Source: a virus
Length of the DNA stretch: 25,993 nucleotides
Strand: one strand, 5' to 3'
UHGV virus genome: UHGV-0145247
The notes below the pieces were generated by a model. That model worked only from the letters and a program-made list of their open reading frames with translations. It had not been told where the DNA came from and searched no databases. Positions 8,452-18,916 of the stretch are shown here, piece after piece; position 1 is the first letter of the stretch, and every line of letters begins with the position of its first letter. The translations under genes were made by a program, and so were the position numbers.

Positions 8452-9642
8452 TTACGGCTCCTTTGAGGTTCCACCGCTGACCAGCTTGGGTCGTTTTTCA
8501 GTGTTGCCGTCATACTCCTTCAGATAGCGTCCATAATGCCTGAACAACATTTCTGGCCCTTTATGTCCCATCTGTGATGCCAGCCAGAACAGGTTAGCGC
8601 CTCGACTTATATGTCGGGTCGCGAACGTATGCCTGGTCTGGTATGGATTGCGGTACCTGATCCCAGCTTTACGTAAAGTTGGCACCCAGGCTTTCTTTCT
8701 TATCGCATCGGCACCCGCCCATGGTTTTTCTGTCTTAGGATCCTCAAAGATCGTTGCATCTTTCATAAAGGTGAAAGGCTTCTGAGAAGTCAGGGCATAC
8801 AAGGCTTCTTCGGTCAACTCAACTTTACGTGTTCCAGCTTTAGTTTTCGTGCCCTTAATTACCCCCACTACGCTGGCATTTTGCACATGCGCTGTTTTGC
8901 CGATAAAGTCGATATCGCGCCAACGGAGGGCGCAGAGTTCAGAACTACGTAGCCCGGTTTCAATTGCAAAGCGGAATATGTTTTCCCACTGCTTATTACC
9001 CGCAGCATGCAAAAGCGCTTCAACCTCGGCCGGTGAAAGCGGATCAACAATATAATCACTTTCATCCTCGGTTTTACTGCTCTGGTAGCGCGAGGCTGTC
9101 ACCAGTGAAACAGGGTTAATCTGCAATACACCATCAGTCACAGCTTCATCCAGTGCTGAGCGTAGGAATGAAAGTTGGTTCCTAATCGTCTTTAATGTCG
9201 TTTTCTGACTCTGGATCCATGTTTTTAAAGCAGCAGGTGTTAATTCGCTGGCAGGAAAAACGTGAAGTGATGCCAGAGCATTTAAACATTTCTTATATCC
9301 GCCGATTGTTGAAGGAGATAATTTTCTCGTTTCACAAATTACAAGATATTCATCGAGATAATTTTTTACCGTTTTTCCTGTTGAAGCATTACCAAATATT
9401 TTAAGTCGTGCCGAACGGGGAAAGTGTTCACCATAATTGAATGTACCACGCTCAATTTTATTGTGAATTTCGCCGAGTGTTCGCTCGGCGTATTTAAGGT
9501 TTTTGCTATTAACTTCAAGGTTTGATAAAGGTTCCCGGCATTTCACCCCCTTATAGGTAAAGGTAATATTGATAGTTTCCCCAGTACTATGTTTCCTGAT
9601 CGTTACGCCGCGCGGGAGTTTAGGCGATTTTGTCGAGCCCAT
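8452..9642 (-). CDS. int: Phage integrase, tyrosine recombinase (396 aa)
   Basis: C-terminal catalytic region (RHTFATRHISRGANLFWLASQMGHKGPEMLFRHYGRY); next to att core. Confidence 0.9.
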   Translation of the reverse strand: MGSTKSPKLPRGVTIRKHSTGETINITFTYKGVKCREPLSNLEVNSKNLKYAERTLGEIHNKIERGTFNYGEHFPRSARLKIFGNASTGKTVKNYLDEYLVICETRKLSPSTIGGYKKCLNALASLHVFPASELTPAALKTWIQSQKTTLKTIRNQLSFLRSALDEAVTDGVLQINPVSLVTASRYQSSKTEDESDYIVDPLSPAEVEALLHAAGNKQWENIFRFAIETGLRSSELCALRWRDIDFIGKTAHVQNASVVGVIKGTKTKAGTRKVELTEEALYALTSQKPFTFMKDATIFEDPKTEKPWAGADAIRKKAWVPTLRKAGIRYRNPYQTRHTFATRHISRGANLFWLASQMGHKGPEMLFRHYGRYLKEYDGNTEKRPKLVSGGTSKEP

Positions 9643-9821
9643 TTTGCAACCTCACTAAGATCTATCCATCTTTCCTTAACGCCTTCGACCTTTAGCACCT
9701 GTACCCCTTCACGCCATACGCCGCGTTGGATGCGCTTATTTATGGCATCAGGGGTTTCGCCTGTCTCTTTGCAATAAGTTGAGATGGGAACACAATCGAG
9801 GCTCAGCATAGATTTCTCCAT
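9603..9821 (-). CDS. xis: Excisionase-like protein (72 aa)
   Basis: Small basic ORF overlapping the int start, position typical for xis. Confidence 0.55.
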   Translation of the reverse strand: MEKSMLSLDCVPISTYCKETGETPDAINKRIQRGVWREGVQVLKVEGVKERWIDLSEVAKWARQNRLNSRAA

Positions 9822-9889
9822 TACCCCGGCTGCACCCGGGGGAAATTATTAAATAACTGCGCTTTTTGGCGCTGGTGGTGCGACCGCGC

Positions 9890-10060
9890 TCATAGCGGTG
9901 AATCATCCCCCAGCTTCGCCTTTAAATCGCCAGTGACAAACCAGGCTGGAATTTCTCCGGCATTATTAGAGGATCGCCCCTGCGGTGAGGTGAATGACCC
10001 ACGCACGGGAATTAGTTTGATGAGGCTGACACATCGGCCAATTTCTTCAATGGTGCGCAT
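9890..10060 (-). CDS. Small ORF (56 aa), translationally coupled to upstream gene
   Basis: ATG overlaps the stop of the 347-aa gene (TGATG), RBS GGAGG upstream; below ORF-track cutoff. Confidence 0.3.
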   Translation of the reverse strand: MRTIEEIGRCVSLIKLIPVRGSFTSPQGRSSNNAGEIPAWFVTGDLKAKLGDDSPL

Positions 10061-11103
10061 CACTTCACCTCCTGCGGGGCGGCTGCGAAGTGATTAATGG
10101 CCTTATCCCAGATTTCTTTGATGGTGGTCCAGTCAATCGGCATGGTGCTCGTCCAGGTTCCCTCGCCGCTGCAGTCGTCGCACCCTTCACCAAAACACTC
10201 ATGGCATGTCAGCGTATATTCAAGATTGAATTCCCCGAGAAGCGCTGCTTTTGCACCGTTCTCAGCGGTTAGCCTCATCGGCACCATCACGTACCCCTCT
10301 GGAATTACCGTGGAGTTGCTAGCATTTGGATGCAGAGCGCGAATCCCTTCGGCTAATTCTTCCAGGGTGGATGAATATCCGCGCTGGGCATCATTGCCGA
10401 ACTCGAACGCTCCGGTATCAGGATTAGACCATCCATGCTCGCTGTCGTATGCCTCACGCTGCTTATCTATCCATTTGGCGGCGGCTTCAATGCCATCGCG
10501 ATAGAAAGTGACTACTGGCGCTGGCTGCTCTTTGATGTGCAAGCGAGGTTCACCGTCTTTCGGCTCAGGCCATTCGCGCTGTTTGTTCACTGCCAGCTTT
10601 TCGATCATCGCCTGGGTAATCTGTTCGTCGGTGATACCGGCACGACGCTGGGCATCCCACATCAGGAATTGCATATCAGCCCACTCCGACAGGTCATCTG
10701 GTTCCGCTGCGGCCTCCATAGCCTCTTTTGCCAGATGCTTCAGTGGTCCAACAGGGCCGACATTACCGAATGTTGCCTGTGACCACTCTGAGTGCTCGCG
10801 GCGTACCTGCTCTCGGTCCTTTGCTGGTTGCGCTGGCGGATAATTTGCCAGCATCCAACTAATGACGTAGTCGTCCTTGAACCGCTCAACCGGAAATCCT
10901 TCATTCCAGTCACGGAAGTGATAGATAACTTTTGCCAGCTCAGGTTGAAGCGCCACCGGCTCGTTGTCCATTGCGGCCAGCGCCATGCGAGACAGCTCCT
11001 CAGCCTCTTCAGCTGGCAGCATTACGTTGCTTCCGGCACCGTAGGTTTCACGCCATGATTTAATTTTTTCCAGGCGCTCTCTGGTTATGGTCGATTTGGT
11101 CAT
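10060..11103 (-). CDS. Phage early protein with DUF550-like domain (Ead/Ea22-like), 347 aa
   Basis: Motif HLAKEAMEAAAEPDDLSEWADMQFLMWDAQRRAGITDEQI resembles the DUF550 family seen in lambdoid early regions (from memory). Confidence 0.5.
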   Translation of the reverse strand: MTKSTITRERLEKIKSWRETYGAGSNVMLPAEEAEELSRMALAAMDNEPVALQPELAKVIYHFRDWNEGFPVERFKDDYVISWMLANYPPAQPAKDREQVRREHSEWSQATFGNVGPVGPLKHLAKEAMEAAAEPDDLSEWADMQFLMWDAQRRAGITDEQITQAMIEKLAVNKQREWPEPKDGEPRLHIKEQPAPVVTFYRDGIEAAAKWIDKQREAYDSEHGWSNPDTGAFEFGNDAQRGYSSTLEELAEGIRALHPNASNSTVIPEGYVMVPMRLTAENGAKAALLGEFNLEYTLTCHECFGEGCDDCSGEGTWTSTMPIDWTTIKEIWDKAINHFAAAPQEVK

Positions 11104-11393
11104 GGTTGGCTCCAGTTATCCTCGATAGCCACGCCCAAGCGGTGTAGCCAGTCTGCAAGTTTGAGCATCGATTCGCGGTCGCTAAGTCCTTCCGGAAAGT
11201 CTTTCAGTTCGATAGTCGGTATAAAGCGACCGAAGCTATCGCGCTCTACCGTTAGAAATTGCTCCAGAACAGTCTGCTGAATGCGGCTGTTATGCCGCAC
11301 CAGGTAAACATATTTGGAGTCTTTGGCTTTAGGCTCGTAGAGATACTCGGTCAGTATCATCTGGCTTCTGGTGCGATCGGTTCCTCTCCACAT
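11100..11393 (-). CDS. Hypothetical phage protein (~97 aa), abuts IS110 insertion
   Basis: ORF with ATGA overlap to downstream gene; ATG at 11393 preferred over GTG at 11396. Confidence 0.45.
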   Translation of the reverse strand: MWRGTDRTRSQMILTEYLYEPKAKDSKYVYLVRHNSRIQQTVLEQFLTVERDSFGRFIPTIELKDFPEGLSDRESMLKLADWLHRLGVAIEDNWSQP

Positions 11394-11396
11394 CAC

Positions 11397-12550
<1,154 letters not shown>

Positions 12551-12561
12551 TGAAGTGGTGT

Positions 12562-13065
12562 TCAAGACAGTTGCTCCACCTTGATGCCAGCGGCGGTCAG
12601 CGCCGCTAGAAATTCGTCAACTTCATCACGCATGTATATTCCAAGCTTCTCTCCGCCGACTGTGATATGCCCCGGCCGCATCGGTTTCACGGTGACGGTG
12701 CGGGACTCCAGCTCGGCGATGCGCTCTTTTGCCACCAATAATTCAGCAGCAATTTCACGCCAACTTTCATAACTGGCCTCAAGCTTGTCCCAATCAGGGT
12801 TGAAGTTGGCAAGCTCAGACAACTGGCCTTTCAGAAACGCATTACTCTTCTGCGCCTTCTCCAGCGCCTCTGCCATCTCAGCGCCAGCCGCTTTCCATGC
12901 CTCCCACATTCCCTCAAGCTCTGAGTCGTCATCGTCAACCTTATAGCCTTCCCCATCGCGCCAGTGCGACCAGCCAAAACGCGGCGGATTGCCGTTATGC
13001 TGGGTGCGCTCCCACCACGCTTCGAATTTCTCTCTCTGCGCCAGTTCGGTGATATCAGTTGTCAT
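12562..13065 (-). CDS. Hypothetical phage protein (167 aa)
   Basis: Acidic, coiled-coil-like ORF; start overlaps methyltransferase stop (ATGA). Confidence 0.55.
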   Translation of the reverse strand: MTTDITELAQREKFEAWWERTQHNGNPPRFGWSHWRDGEGYKVDDDDSELEGMWEAWKAAGAEMAEALEKAQKSNAFLKGQLSELANFNPDWDKLEASYESWREIAAELLVAKERIAELESRTVTVKPMRPGHITVGGEKLGIYMRDEVDEFLAALTAAGIKVEQLS

Positions 13066-13790
13066 GCTGCACGCTCCCGTTTAATCACCATGCGCTCGAA
13101 TGCGGTGCAAAATATTTCCGGATCTTTTTCTACGCCTATAAACCGGCGCCCTGATTGCTGACACGCAACGCCAGCAGTCCCGCTACCCATAGTGAAGTCC
13201 AGTACTGTATCGCCATGATTGCTGTAGGTTTCAATCAGGTATTTCACAAGCGCCAAAGGCTTTTGCGTTGAATGAAGAGCTTGTTTTTGCTTATCACTAG
13301 AGAATTTCTGCACATCTCGCGGATAGCGGCTTGTTGAATCGTAAGTGACTTTTTTCAACGCCTCGCCATAGACATCAGTATTCGGCGTGCCTCTTGTTGC
13401 AGTTTTTCTGGCGTGCCCATGCGTCATCTGTGGGTTGTATGTCGGCTGCTTTCTGTAAAAAACCTCAATATTTTCATGTGCACGAAGAGGTTGTTTTTTC
13501 GCATTCAGGAAACCTGTAGCGTGTGGCTTCTCCCAAATCCACTCCGACCGCCAGTCCCGCAGATTGCTGTTAATCAGCACGCTGGTGAACGGCTGAGCGG
13601 AAAACAGCACAATAGCGGCGCTGGGCTTAGCGATGCGGTAGAGTTGCTCCCACATCAGAGCCAAGTCGAGAACAGAATCCCAGCGGCACTGAGTGGTACC
13701 GTATGGGATATCAGCACATACCAGGTCAACGGTACCGCTGGCGATTTTCGGGAATACGTCGAAGCAATCTGCGTTGTGAAGGTAGATCAT
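13062..13790 (-). CDS. DNA methyltransferase, N6-adenine/N4-cytosine type (242 aa)
   Basis: Motif IV-like DIPYGT near N-terminus and AdoMet-binding DFTMGSGTAGVA near C-terminus. Confidence 0.8.
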   Translation of the reverse strand: MIYLHNADCFDVFPKIASGTVDLVCADIPYGTTQCRWDSVLDLALMWEQLYRIAKPSAAIVLFSAQPFTSVLINSNLRDWRSEWIWEKPHATGFLNAKKQPLRAHENIEVFYRKQPTYNPQMTHGHARKTATRGTPNTDVYGEALKKVTYDSTSRYPRDVQKFSSDKQKQALHSTQKPLALVKYLIETYSNHGDTVLDFTMGSGTAGVACQQSGRRFIGVEKDPEIFCTAFERMVIKRERAA

Positions 13791-14380
13791 TTGTCGGCCC
13801 CCTCGCGCAGCTGCTGGGCGTAGTAGTCACGCAGCGCACAGGCCGCAACAGAAATAAGCGTGTCAAAATCACAAACAACCGTATCGCCGTTGTGCTGTTC
13901 TGAATTTGCGATCACCTTAAGAGCGCTCACCAGCGGGGCTGCAGCATCAGCCTTAATCCCGGCTACGATGCGATCGGTGGCGGGGGTTGCCACCGAGTCA
14001 ACCAACCGGTAATTGCATGTTTGATAGGTGTGCTGGCTATCGGAGGTATGCAGCCCTTGAGCATCGAAGCCTTGAGCCTGTTGAATCACGACACCCCATG
14101 ACACGCGCTGAACATCTTCGCTCCAGCCGTCGTCTGCGTCCTCACGGTAAGCGTCAATCTCTTCCTGCGCTGTATCAATAGCGTTCTGCTTGTCTTTGAA
14201 ATAATCAAAACCGTATTCAGGCGAGTATGCGAAGTAAGTTACGCCAGCCTTTAGCCCCACATTCTCCGCAGCCACATCCAGATATGCTTTCGCCAGCGCC
14301 ATAACCTTTGTCTCTTTGATCGACAGCTCGCCCGCAGACTCAAGCGACTGAATGAGCTCGTTTACTGTTTCGATGTTCAT
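13787..14380 (-). CDS. Hypothetical phage protein (197 aa)
   Basis: Start taken at internal ATG 14380 (MNIETV), which overlaps the stop of the upstream small ORF. Confidence 0.5.
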   Translation of the reverse strand: MNIETVNELIQSLESAGELSIKETKVMALAKAYLDVAAENVGLKAGVTYFAYSPEYGFDYFKDKQNAIDTAQEEIDAYREDADDGWSEDVQRVSWGVVIQQAQGFDAQGLHTSDSQHTYQTCNYRLVDSVATPATDRIVAGIKADAAAPLVSALKVIANSEQHNGDTVVCDFDTLISVAACALRDYYAQQLREGADK

Positions 14381-14511
14381 GCCGTCACCCATTCGATCAT
14401 CATGCATACGCCCCAGGTCACAGCGACTACTGCAACCCACCCGATAACACTGACCAGTGCAGCAAACCAGAGAAGGGCGCGCCGGCTGTAATTTTCAGGT
14501 TCAAAGTTCAT
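14377..14511 (-). CDS. Small hydrophobic protein (44 aa), likely membrane peptide
   Basis: MNFEPENYSRRALLWFAALVSVIGWVAVVAVTWGVCMMIEWVTA; ATGA overlaps at both ends; below ORF-track cutoff. Confidence 0.35.
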   Translation of the reverse strand: MNFEPENYSRRALLWFAALVSVIGWVAVVAVTWGVCMMIEWVTA

Positions 14512-15293
14512 TGCGCCTCCCCAATTACCCAGCGCAGAGCCTCGGCATATTCGCCGCTGGCATCTTCAAGGGCTTTAGTGATTTCCTTACGCGATTTGAT
14601 GCGCGGCTTTGCCTCACCGAGAACCTGACGCTGCCGACGGGATTTTTCATGGCCTTTGGTACCAGCTGTCGCCAGCTCGATTTCTGCCACTTTTGCCCGC
14701 TGCTCTTCAGGTGGGAGCGCGCCAAGCTGACGCGCCTGGGTAACGGTAACTGTGCCAGACTCGACCGCTTCACGAACAGCCTGGGTAGCATCGAGTAGTG
14801 ACAGCGTTGCACGGACAGTCTGAACGCTACAGCCAAACAACACCGCAAGGTCGTCCTCGTCATGACCACGATCCAGCGCGTCTGACATTTTCTTAGCTCG
14901 ACCTAATGGCGTATCAGGTCGGCGGATTTCGTTTTCGCTGACCATATATTTGGCCATTTGGTTTGCAGACCCACGCTTAACGACTCCAGGAACAAGCAGC
15001 GGTGTTTTGCCTTCTTTCAGCAGGAGCTTATTGGCTTCCAGCGTATGTTTAACGCGCTGACGACCGACAACCACACAGGTGAGCCCCTTTTCAGGGTCTT
15101 TCCAGACAATAATCGGCTCAAGAACACCCAGCTCCTTGATATTCAGCACCATCCCTTCATCGATCGGCAGATTGACTCGCTCATCGTAAAGCGGGTGGGC
15201 CTTGTCAGTGACAATATGCAGATTTTCCGGCTCGAACATCAGAACGTTTGTCTTGCCGCTGGCGCCATAAGCATCGATCGAGTTTTTAGCCAT
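14508..15293 (-). CDS. ParB-like nuclease-domain protein (261 aa)
   Basis: ParB N-terminal-domain-like segment LGVLEPIIVWKDPEKGLTCVVVGRQRVKHTLEA; RBS GAGGAA. Confidence 0.65.
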   Translation of the reverse strand: MAKNSIDAYGASGKTNVLMFEPENLHIVTDKAHPLYDERVNLPIDEGMVLNIKELGVLEPIIVWKDPEKGLTCVVVGRQRVKHTLEANKLLLKEGKTPLLVPGVVKRGSANQMAKYMVSENEIRRPDTPLGRAKKMSDALDRGHDEDDLAVLFGCSVQTVRATLSLLDATQAVREAVESGTVTVTQARQLGALPPEEQRAKVAEIELATAGTKGHEKSRRQRQVLGEAKPRIKSRKEITKALEDASGEYAEALRWVIGEAQ

Positions 15294-15486
15294 TTCTGTT
15301 TTCCTCGCTCAGGTTCGCTATCATCGCGGCCATAGCGGTGTTCTGGTCCATTGCCTCTGTAAGGGCGACAAAGGTCACATCCAGCCTTGACGCTATGTCT
15401 TGCATTAATTGTGCTGCTGCTGGTGGTAGGTCAGGTGCTGCAGCGTATGCTGCAGCAACCAATTCTTTCACTTTCACGTGTGCCAT
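15286..15486 (-). CDS. Hypothetical small protein (66 aa)
   Basis: Ala-rich ORF with RBS, overlaps start of ParB-like gene. Confidence 0.4.
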   Translation of the reverse strand: MAHVKVKELVAAAYAAAPDLPPAAAQLMQDIASRLDVTFVALTEAMDQNTAMAAMIANLSEENRNG

Positions 15487-15517
15487 TAGCGCCGCTCCAT
15501 CAGTTGGTTAAAGCGGT

Positions 15518-16012
15518 TCATGAACAGGCCATAAGATTGACCAGGGCGGCGGGATTAATCACAAATTGGTCGGTGGGAATAATACCGTCGAGCATCGGCC
15601 AGTGGGTGCCGTCGTCGATCTCAAAGTCGCGACGTTCGCTGGCGAGCATCACAAGGTCGGCATACTTTACGGTCGGGTGCTGCTCAGCTGGCAGGCAGAA
15701 TTTTTGACGGATAGCAGCATCAACCCGATCCTCAATGGCGCGGTAGTCCGGGAGCAGGCGCTTAAGCGGTGCTGGAATATCCTGCAAATAAGCCTCTGCG
15801 GCATCGTGCAGTAGTGCTTCAAGAGCAAACTCCTGTGGTACCAGGTGGCTGGTTAACACGCTGTGCTGACCGACGCTGTAGAACTCCGGAAGATGGCCAG
15901 CAAAGCGGCAAATATTCGAGAGCGCGTTAGCGATATCTTCGATCTCAATGGCATCCAACTGGATATCGAGATAGTTAAAGTGCTTGCCTGTGAACGTTTG
16001 AATAAAGCTCAT
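15518..16012 (-). CDS. HD-domain phosphohydrolase (YfdR-like), 164 aa
   Basis: HD motif context ALEALLHDAAEAY; start at internal ATG 16012 with RBS GGAGAA. Confidence 0.7.
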   Translation of the reverse strand: MSFIQTFTGKHFNYLDIQLDAIEIEDIANALSNICRFAGHLPEFYSVGQHSVLTSHLVPQEFALEALLHDAAEAYLQDIPAPLKRLLPDYRAIEDRVDAAIRQKFCLPAEQHPTVKYADLVMLASERRDFEIDDGTHWPMLDGIIPTDQFVINPAALVNLMACS

Positions 16013-16108
16013 CGTATTTCTCCATTTAATTGCGCTCTGCACAGCGCTGATTTTTAGGTGTAGGAATCCCTCGCCGGGTGGCGATTAATTTCAGGATTAC
16101 GCTTTAAT

Positions 16109-16132
16109 AAATCCCCGCAACGACGGGGATTT
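16109..16132 (-). other. Stem-loop AAATCCCCG-CAACGA-CGGGGATTT between YfdQ-like and HD genes
   Basis: Perfect 9-bp inverted repeat; weak T-tract on minus strand. Confidence 0.3.
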
Positions 16133-16144
16133 AATGGAGAGCAA

Positions 16145-16972
16145 TCAGGCTTTGAAGTTGCCGATAAAGGTTTCTACCGGCTTGCCGTCGAACTTGCCAA
16201 CCAGAAGATCACGGAACTCATTAGCGATCGCTTCTTCCTGGGCCTCCAGTTGGACAATTCGCAGAACGAACACCGGGTCGCTACTTTTCAGCAGACTGTT
16301 GCGCAGACTGAAACGACGTTCGCCCAGGCCTTCATAGGGTACACACTTAAACTCAAACGCGACCGGCATAACATCTTTACTGCTGGCTTCGATACTTTGC
16401 ATCAGCGATTTTTTGCCGCTGAAATCACCGTCTTCATGATCGGCGGCATTAGTTTGCTGGATAGTGACACGGCGAACCGCCTGCGCTGCCTGTGCAATTT
16501 TCATTGTCTGTCCGTCAGCATCGAACGCAGTGAGATAGTCGCTCCAGTCTTCGAGCCATTCGGCGATTTGCTTCTGATTAAGGTGATCGCCGTTGATCGC
16601 CAGTAACGCGCGGAAGGGCGCTGTTTTCTTTAGCTTGATCGAGGCGACGTTATCAGCATGACCAGGGTTGTCCAACGTGCCGATATTGAAGATAGAACGA
16701 GCCAGCATGTTATCGGCATCAATAAAGCAACGTGCTTTTTCTTCTTCCAGGGCATAAGCGACAGAATAGCGAACGAAATCATCAATGCTAGTCGTGTCCA
16801 TGGCACCGCGGAAACGGAAACGCTCAAGAGCAAAACGCTCCAGGCTTTCAATGCTGGTATTCTGCGGTAGCAGGGCGGTCGGACAGGCCAGGCCGGGGAT
16901 ATCGTTCAGGTGATAACCGGAAAGCACCAGATCTTTAACCTGCTGAAAAGTACCGCTGTCTAACTGAGACAT
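16145..16972 (-). CDS. YfdQ-like (DUF2303-type) phage protein, 275 aa
   Basis: Size and gene order (123-aa / 275-aa / HD hydrolase) resemble the yfdP-yfdQ-yfdR module of an E. coli prophage (from memory); RBS AAGGAA. Confidence 0.55.
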   Translation of the reverse strand: MSQLDSGTFQQVKDLVLSGYHLNDIPGLACPTALLPQNTSIESLERFALERFRFRGAMDTTSIDDFVRYSVAYALEEEKARCFIDADNMLARSIFNIGTLDNPGHADNVASIKLKKTAPFRALLAINGDHLNQKQIAEWLEDWSDYLTAFDADGQTMKIAQAAQAVRRVTIQQTNAADHEDGDFSGKKSLMQSIEASSKDVMPVAFEFKCVPYEGLGERRFSLRNSLLKSSDPVFVLRIVQLEAQEEAIANEFRDLLVGKFDGKPVETFIGNFKA

Positions 16973-17028
16973 AAAAATTCCTTATTTACTGATTAGCGAA
17001 GTGGTATCAGTGAATTTGTACGTGCGGT

Positions 17029-17400
17029 TCACTGAGCCGCTTTAAGCTTTCCGTCCACCGCGCCGGTGATACCGAAGAGTTGCCCCTGATCCTCCTGCAG
17101 GATAGTGAGCTTGCCGCCTTTGTTAACCCACATTGGTGTTTCGGTGGTGTCCTCTTCCGACGCTTTGCCGCGGGGAGTAGGAGTGCTGTAGTTCAGCTTG
17201 TGCTTAATCTTGACGCGCTTCTCTTCAACAGAGTTGCCCATACGCTCAAAATCAAAGGTGAGGACAACCTTGCCTTTGTTGCCATTGTTCAGAACGCCGA
17301 GCGCGGTGGTATTAAGAGCCGCCGCAATCTTGTTCATGAATACGCCGGCGTCCAGTTCACCGAGGAAATCGGGCACTACTGTCATGCGATCATTACTCAT
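17029..17400 (-). CDS. Hypothetical phage protein (123 aa)
   Basis: Start at internal ATG 17400 (MSNDRMTVV) with RBS GAGGG. Confidence 0.5.
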   Translation of the reverse strand: MSNDRMTVVPDFLGELDAGVFMNKIAAALNTTALGVLNNGNKGKVVLTFDFERMGNSVEEKRVKIKHKLNYSTPTPRGKASEEDTTETPMWVNKGGKLTILQEDQGQLFGITGAVDGKLKAAQ

Positions 17401-18497
17401 GGTTTTACCCTCTCGAAAGGCGGCTGCCACCGCCGGGAATTTCTCCGTACACAACACAGAAGAGCACCTGCGGTTAGGACGCCGCCCGGGTGGATTGGGT
17501 AATGAGCCCGTCGCCCGGTGATGCTCTTTTGTATTGTGTAAAAAGGGCGGTTATCCATCAGAACGTTATCCTCTTCCTCCTTTGGATAGTGGAAAACTGG
17601 ATAACCGCCAAGACTACACACAGCACAGTTAACTAGGTTGTGGCGGTGGTGCCTCCACCTGCCGGGTTAAGCCATTACCGGCGACGTACACTGCCCGGAA
17701 ACGCATTCCATGAACGGGTTGGCTCGCCACGTGCGCATAGCCGCAATTACCACAACGGAAAGAGCACTCCGATCTTCTACCAACGCCCCGTCGTAGCTTT
17801 TCGGCGCATCCACATGGCGCTTGGGTTTCAGCCTCGTGTGGCGGGAATGCTCTTACCTGTTGTGTCCCGGACTCTTCCCGGGCGTCACACCTTTTCGCCG
17901 CGCTGGTGGGGCGCACGTCGTGCCTGAAACACTTGGCTTGCACATTCCAGTTGTCCGGATAGCGCATGGAACTTCAAGGGAACCATCCGGGCTGCTAACG
18001 CTGCATGTGCCATACAACGGTTGTGAATATTGCCGTTCACAACTGGAAGCGCACTCCTTCAGTTACAAACCAGTCCCCACGACGGATGAAGATGGAATGC
18101 GCTTTCATGTTGTGTACGGTTCACCTACCCCGGTCCGGCGGCGCCACATCGCCGGGGCAGATGCAAAGGATCGTTACGCGATCATTCGGCTTGTTGATAT
18201 GGCCGGAAGTATCAAGTCCCGACATCGCGGATTCTGCTTCTCCGCCCCGATTTCACCCCCGCTATTGTTTAGCGCGCAAACCGAGAAAATCGCCTTCAAC
18301 GCTGTCGGCTTTCGCCATGTTCGATCAGGTATCTTCGGGCGGGGAGCCGGCGACCAACCGGCACAACCCCTACAGTATTAATCCAGGTCTACTGGACCCT
18401 CGACGCCGTGGGTTAAACGGCTGCTGTATGTCGGGTGAGTTTCTGTTGCTGGTGGTCAATCCAGCTCCGCAACCCCTCCCGAAGACACCTGAGGTAA

Positions 18498-18731
18498 TTA
18501 AATTGCCTTAGCCGGCAGGCCGAGGACGCTACGCATTTCTTTTTGAGTGCGAATGGCTATGGCGATCGTTAGGTCAATATCTCCGCGGTAAGCTGTGCCA
18601 TCTTCACAAATAATAAGAGTGATTGATTTTTTGCCTTTCTTGCTTACCTCGAAGCGATGCGCTTTACGGACTACATGACAGCCGTTTGCTAATGCGTCCT
18701 TGATAAGGTTTTCAATGCCTTTGCTCGCCAT
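18498..18731 (-). CDS. Hypothetical protein (77 aa), first leftward gene beyond cI
   Basis: RBS AGGAA 7 nt upstream of ATG 18731. Confidence 0.5.
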   Translation of the reverse strand: MASKGIENLIKDALANGCHVVRKAHRFEVSKKGKKSITLIICEDGTAYRGDIDLTIAIAIRTQKEMRSVLGLPAKAI

Positions 18732-18865
18732 GTTCTGTTCCTATTTGGTTTATCTGTTAGCGAATCATCCCGGTCTTCATATGCCCCGGGCGGCTACTTC
18801 GTGGGCGTCCTGCCTCTTCGCTGTTGATAGATGAAAATCTAACTTAACTTAGTTTTGTCGTCAAG

Positions 18866-18896
18866 AAAAAACACCAAACTTTTCTTAGCTTGGTGT
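18866..18896 (-). terminator. Rho-independent terminator downstream of cI
   Basis: ACACCAA / TTGGTGT stem followed on minus strand by T6 (18866-18871). Confidence 0.45.
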
Positions 18897-18916
18897 CGAA
18901 GGGAGATTAGCTTAGA

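Noticed and set aside
10097-10843. Plus-strand ORFs of 135, 115 and 111 aa
   Set aside because: Antisense to the 347-aa DUF550-like gene; Ser/Arg/Cys-rich low-complexity translations
14525-14869. 114-aa minus-strand ORF in an alternative frame
   Set aside because: Internal alternative frame of the ParB-like gene; Arg-rich translation
17640-18511. Plus-strand ORFs of 95, 186 and 168 aa in three successive frames
   Set aside because: Arg/Pro/Gly-rich implausible translations that overlap each other; treated as chance ORFs in GC-rich non-coding or decayed sequence
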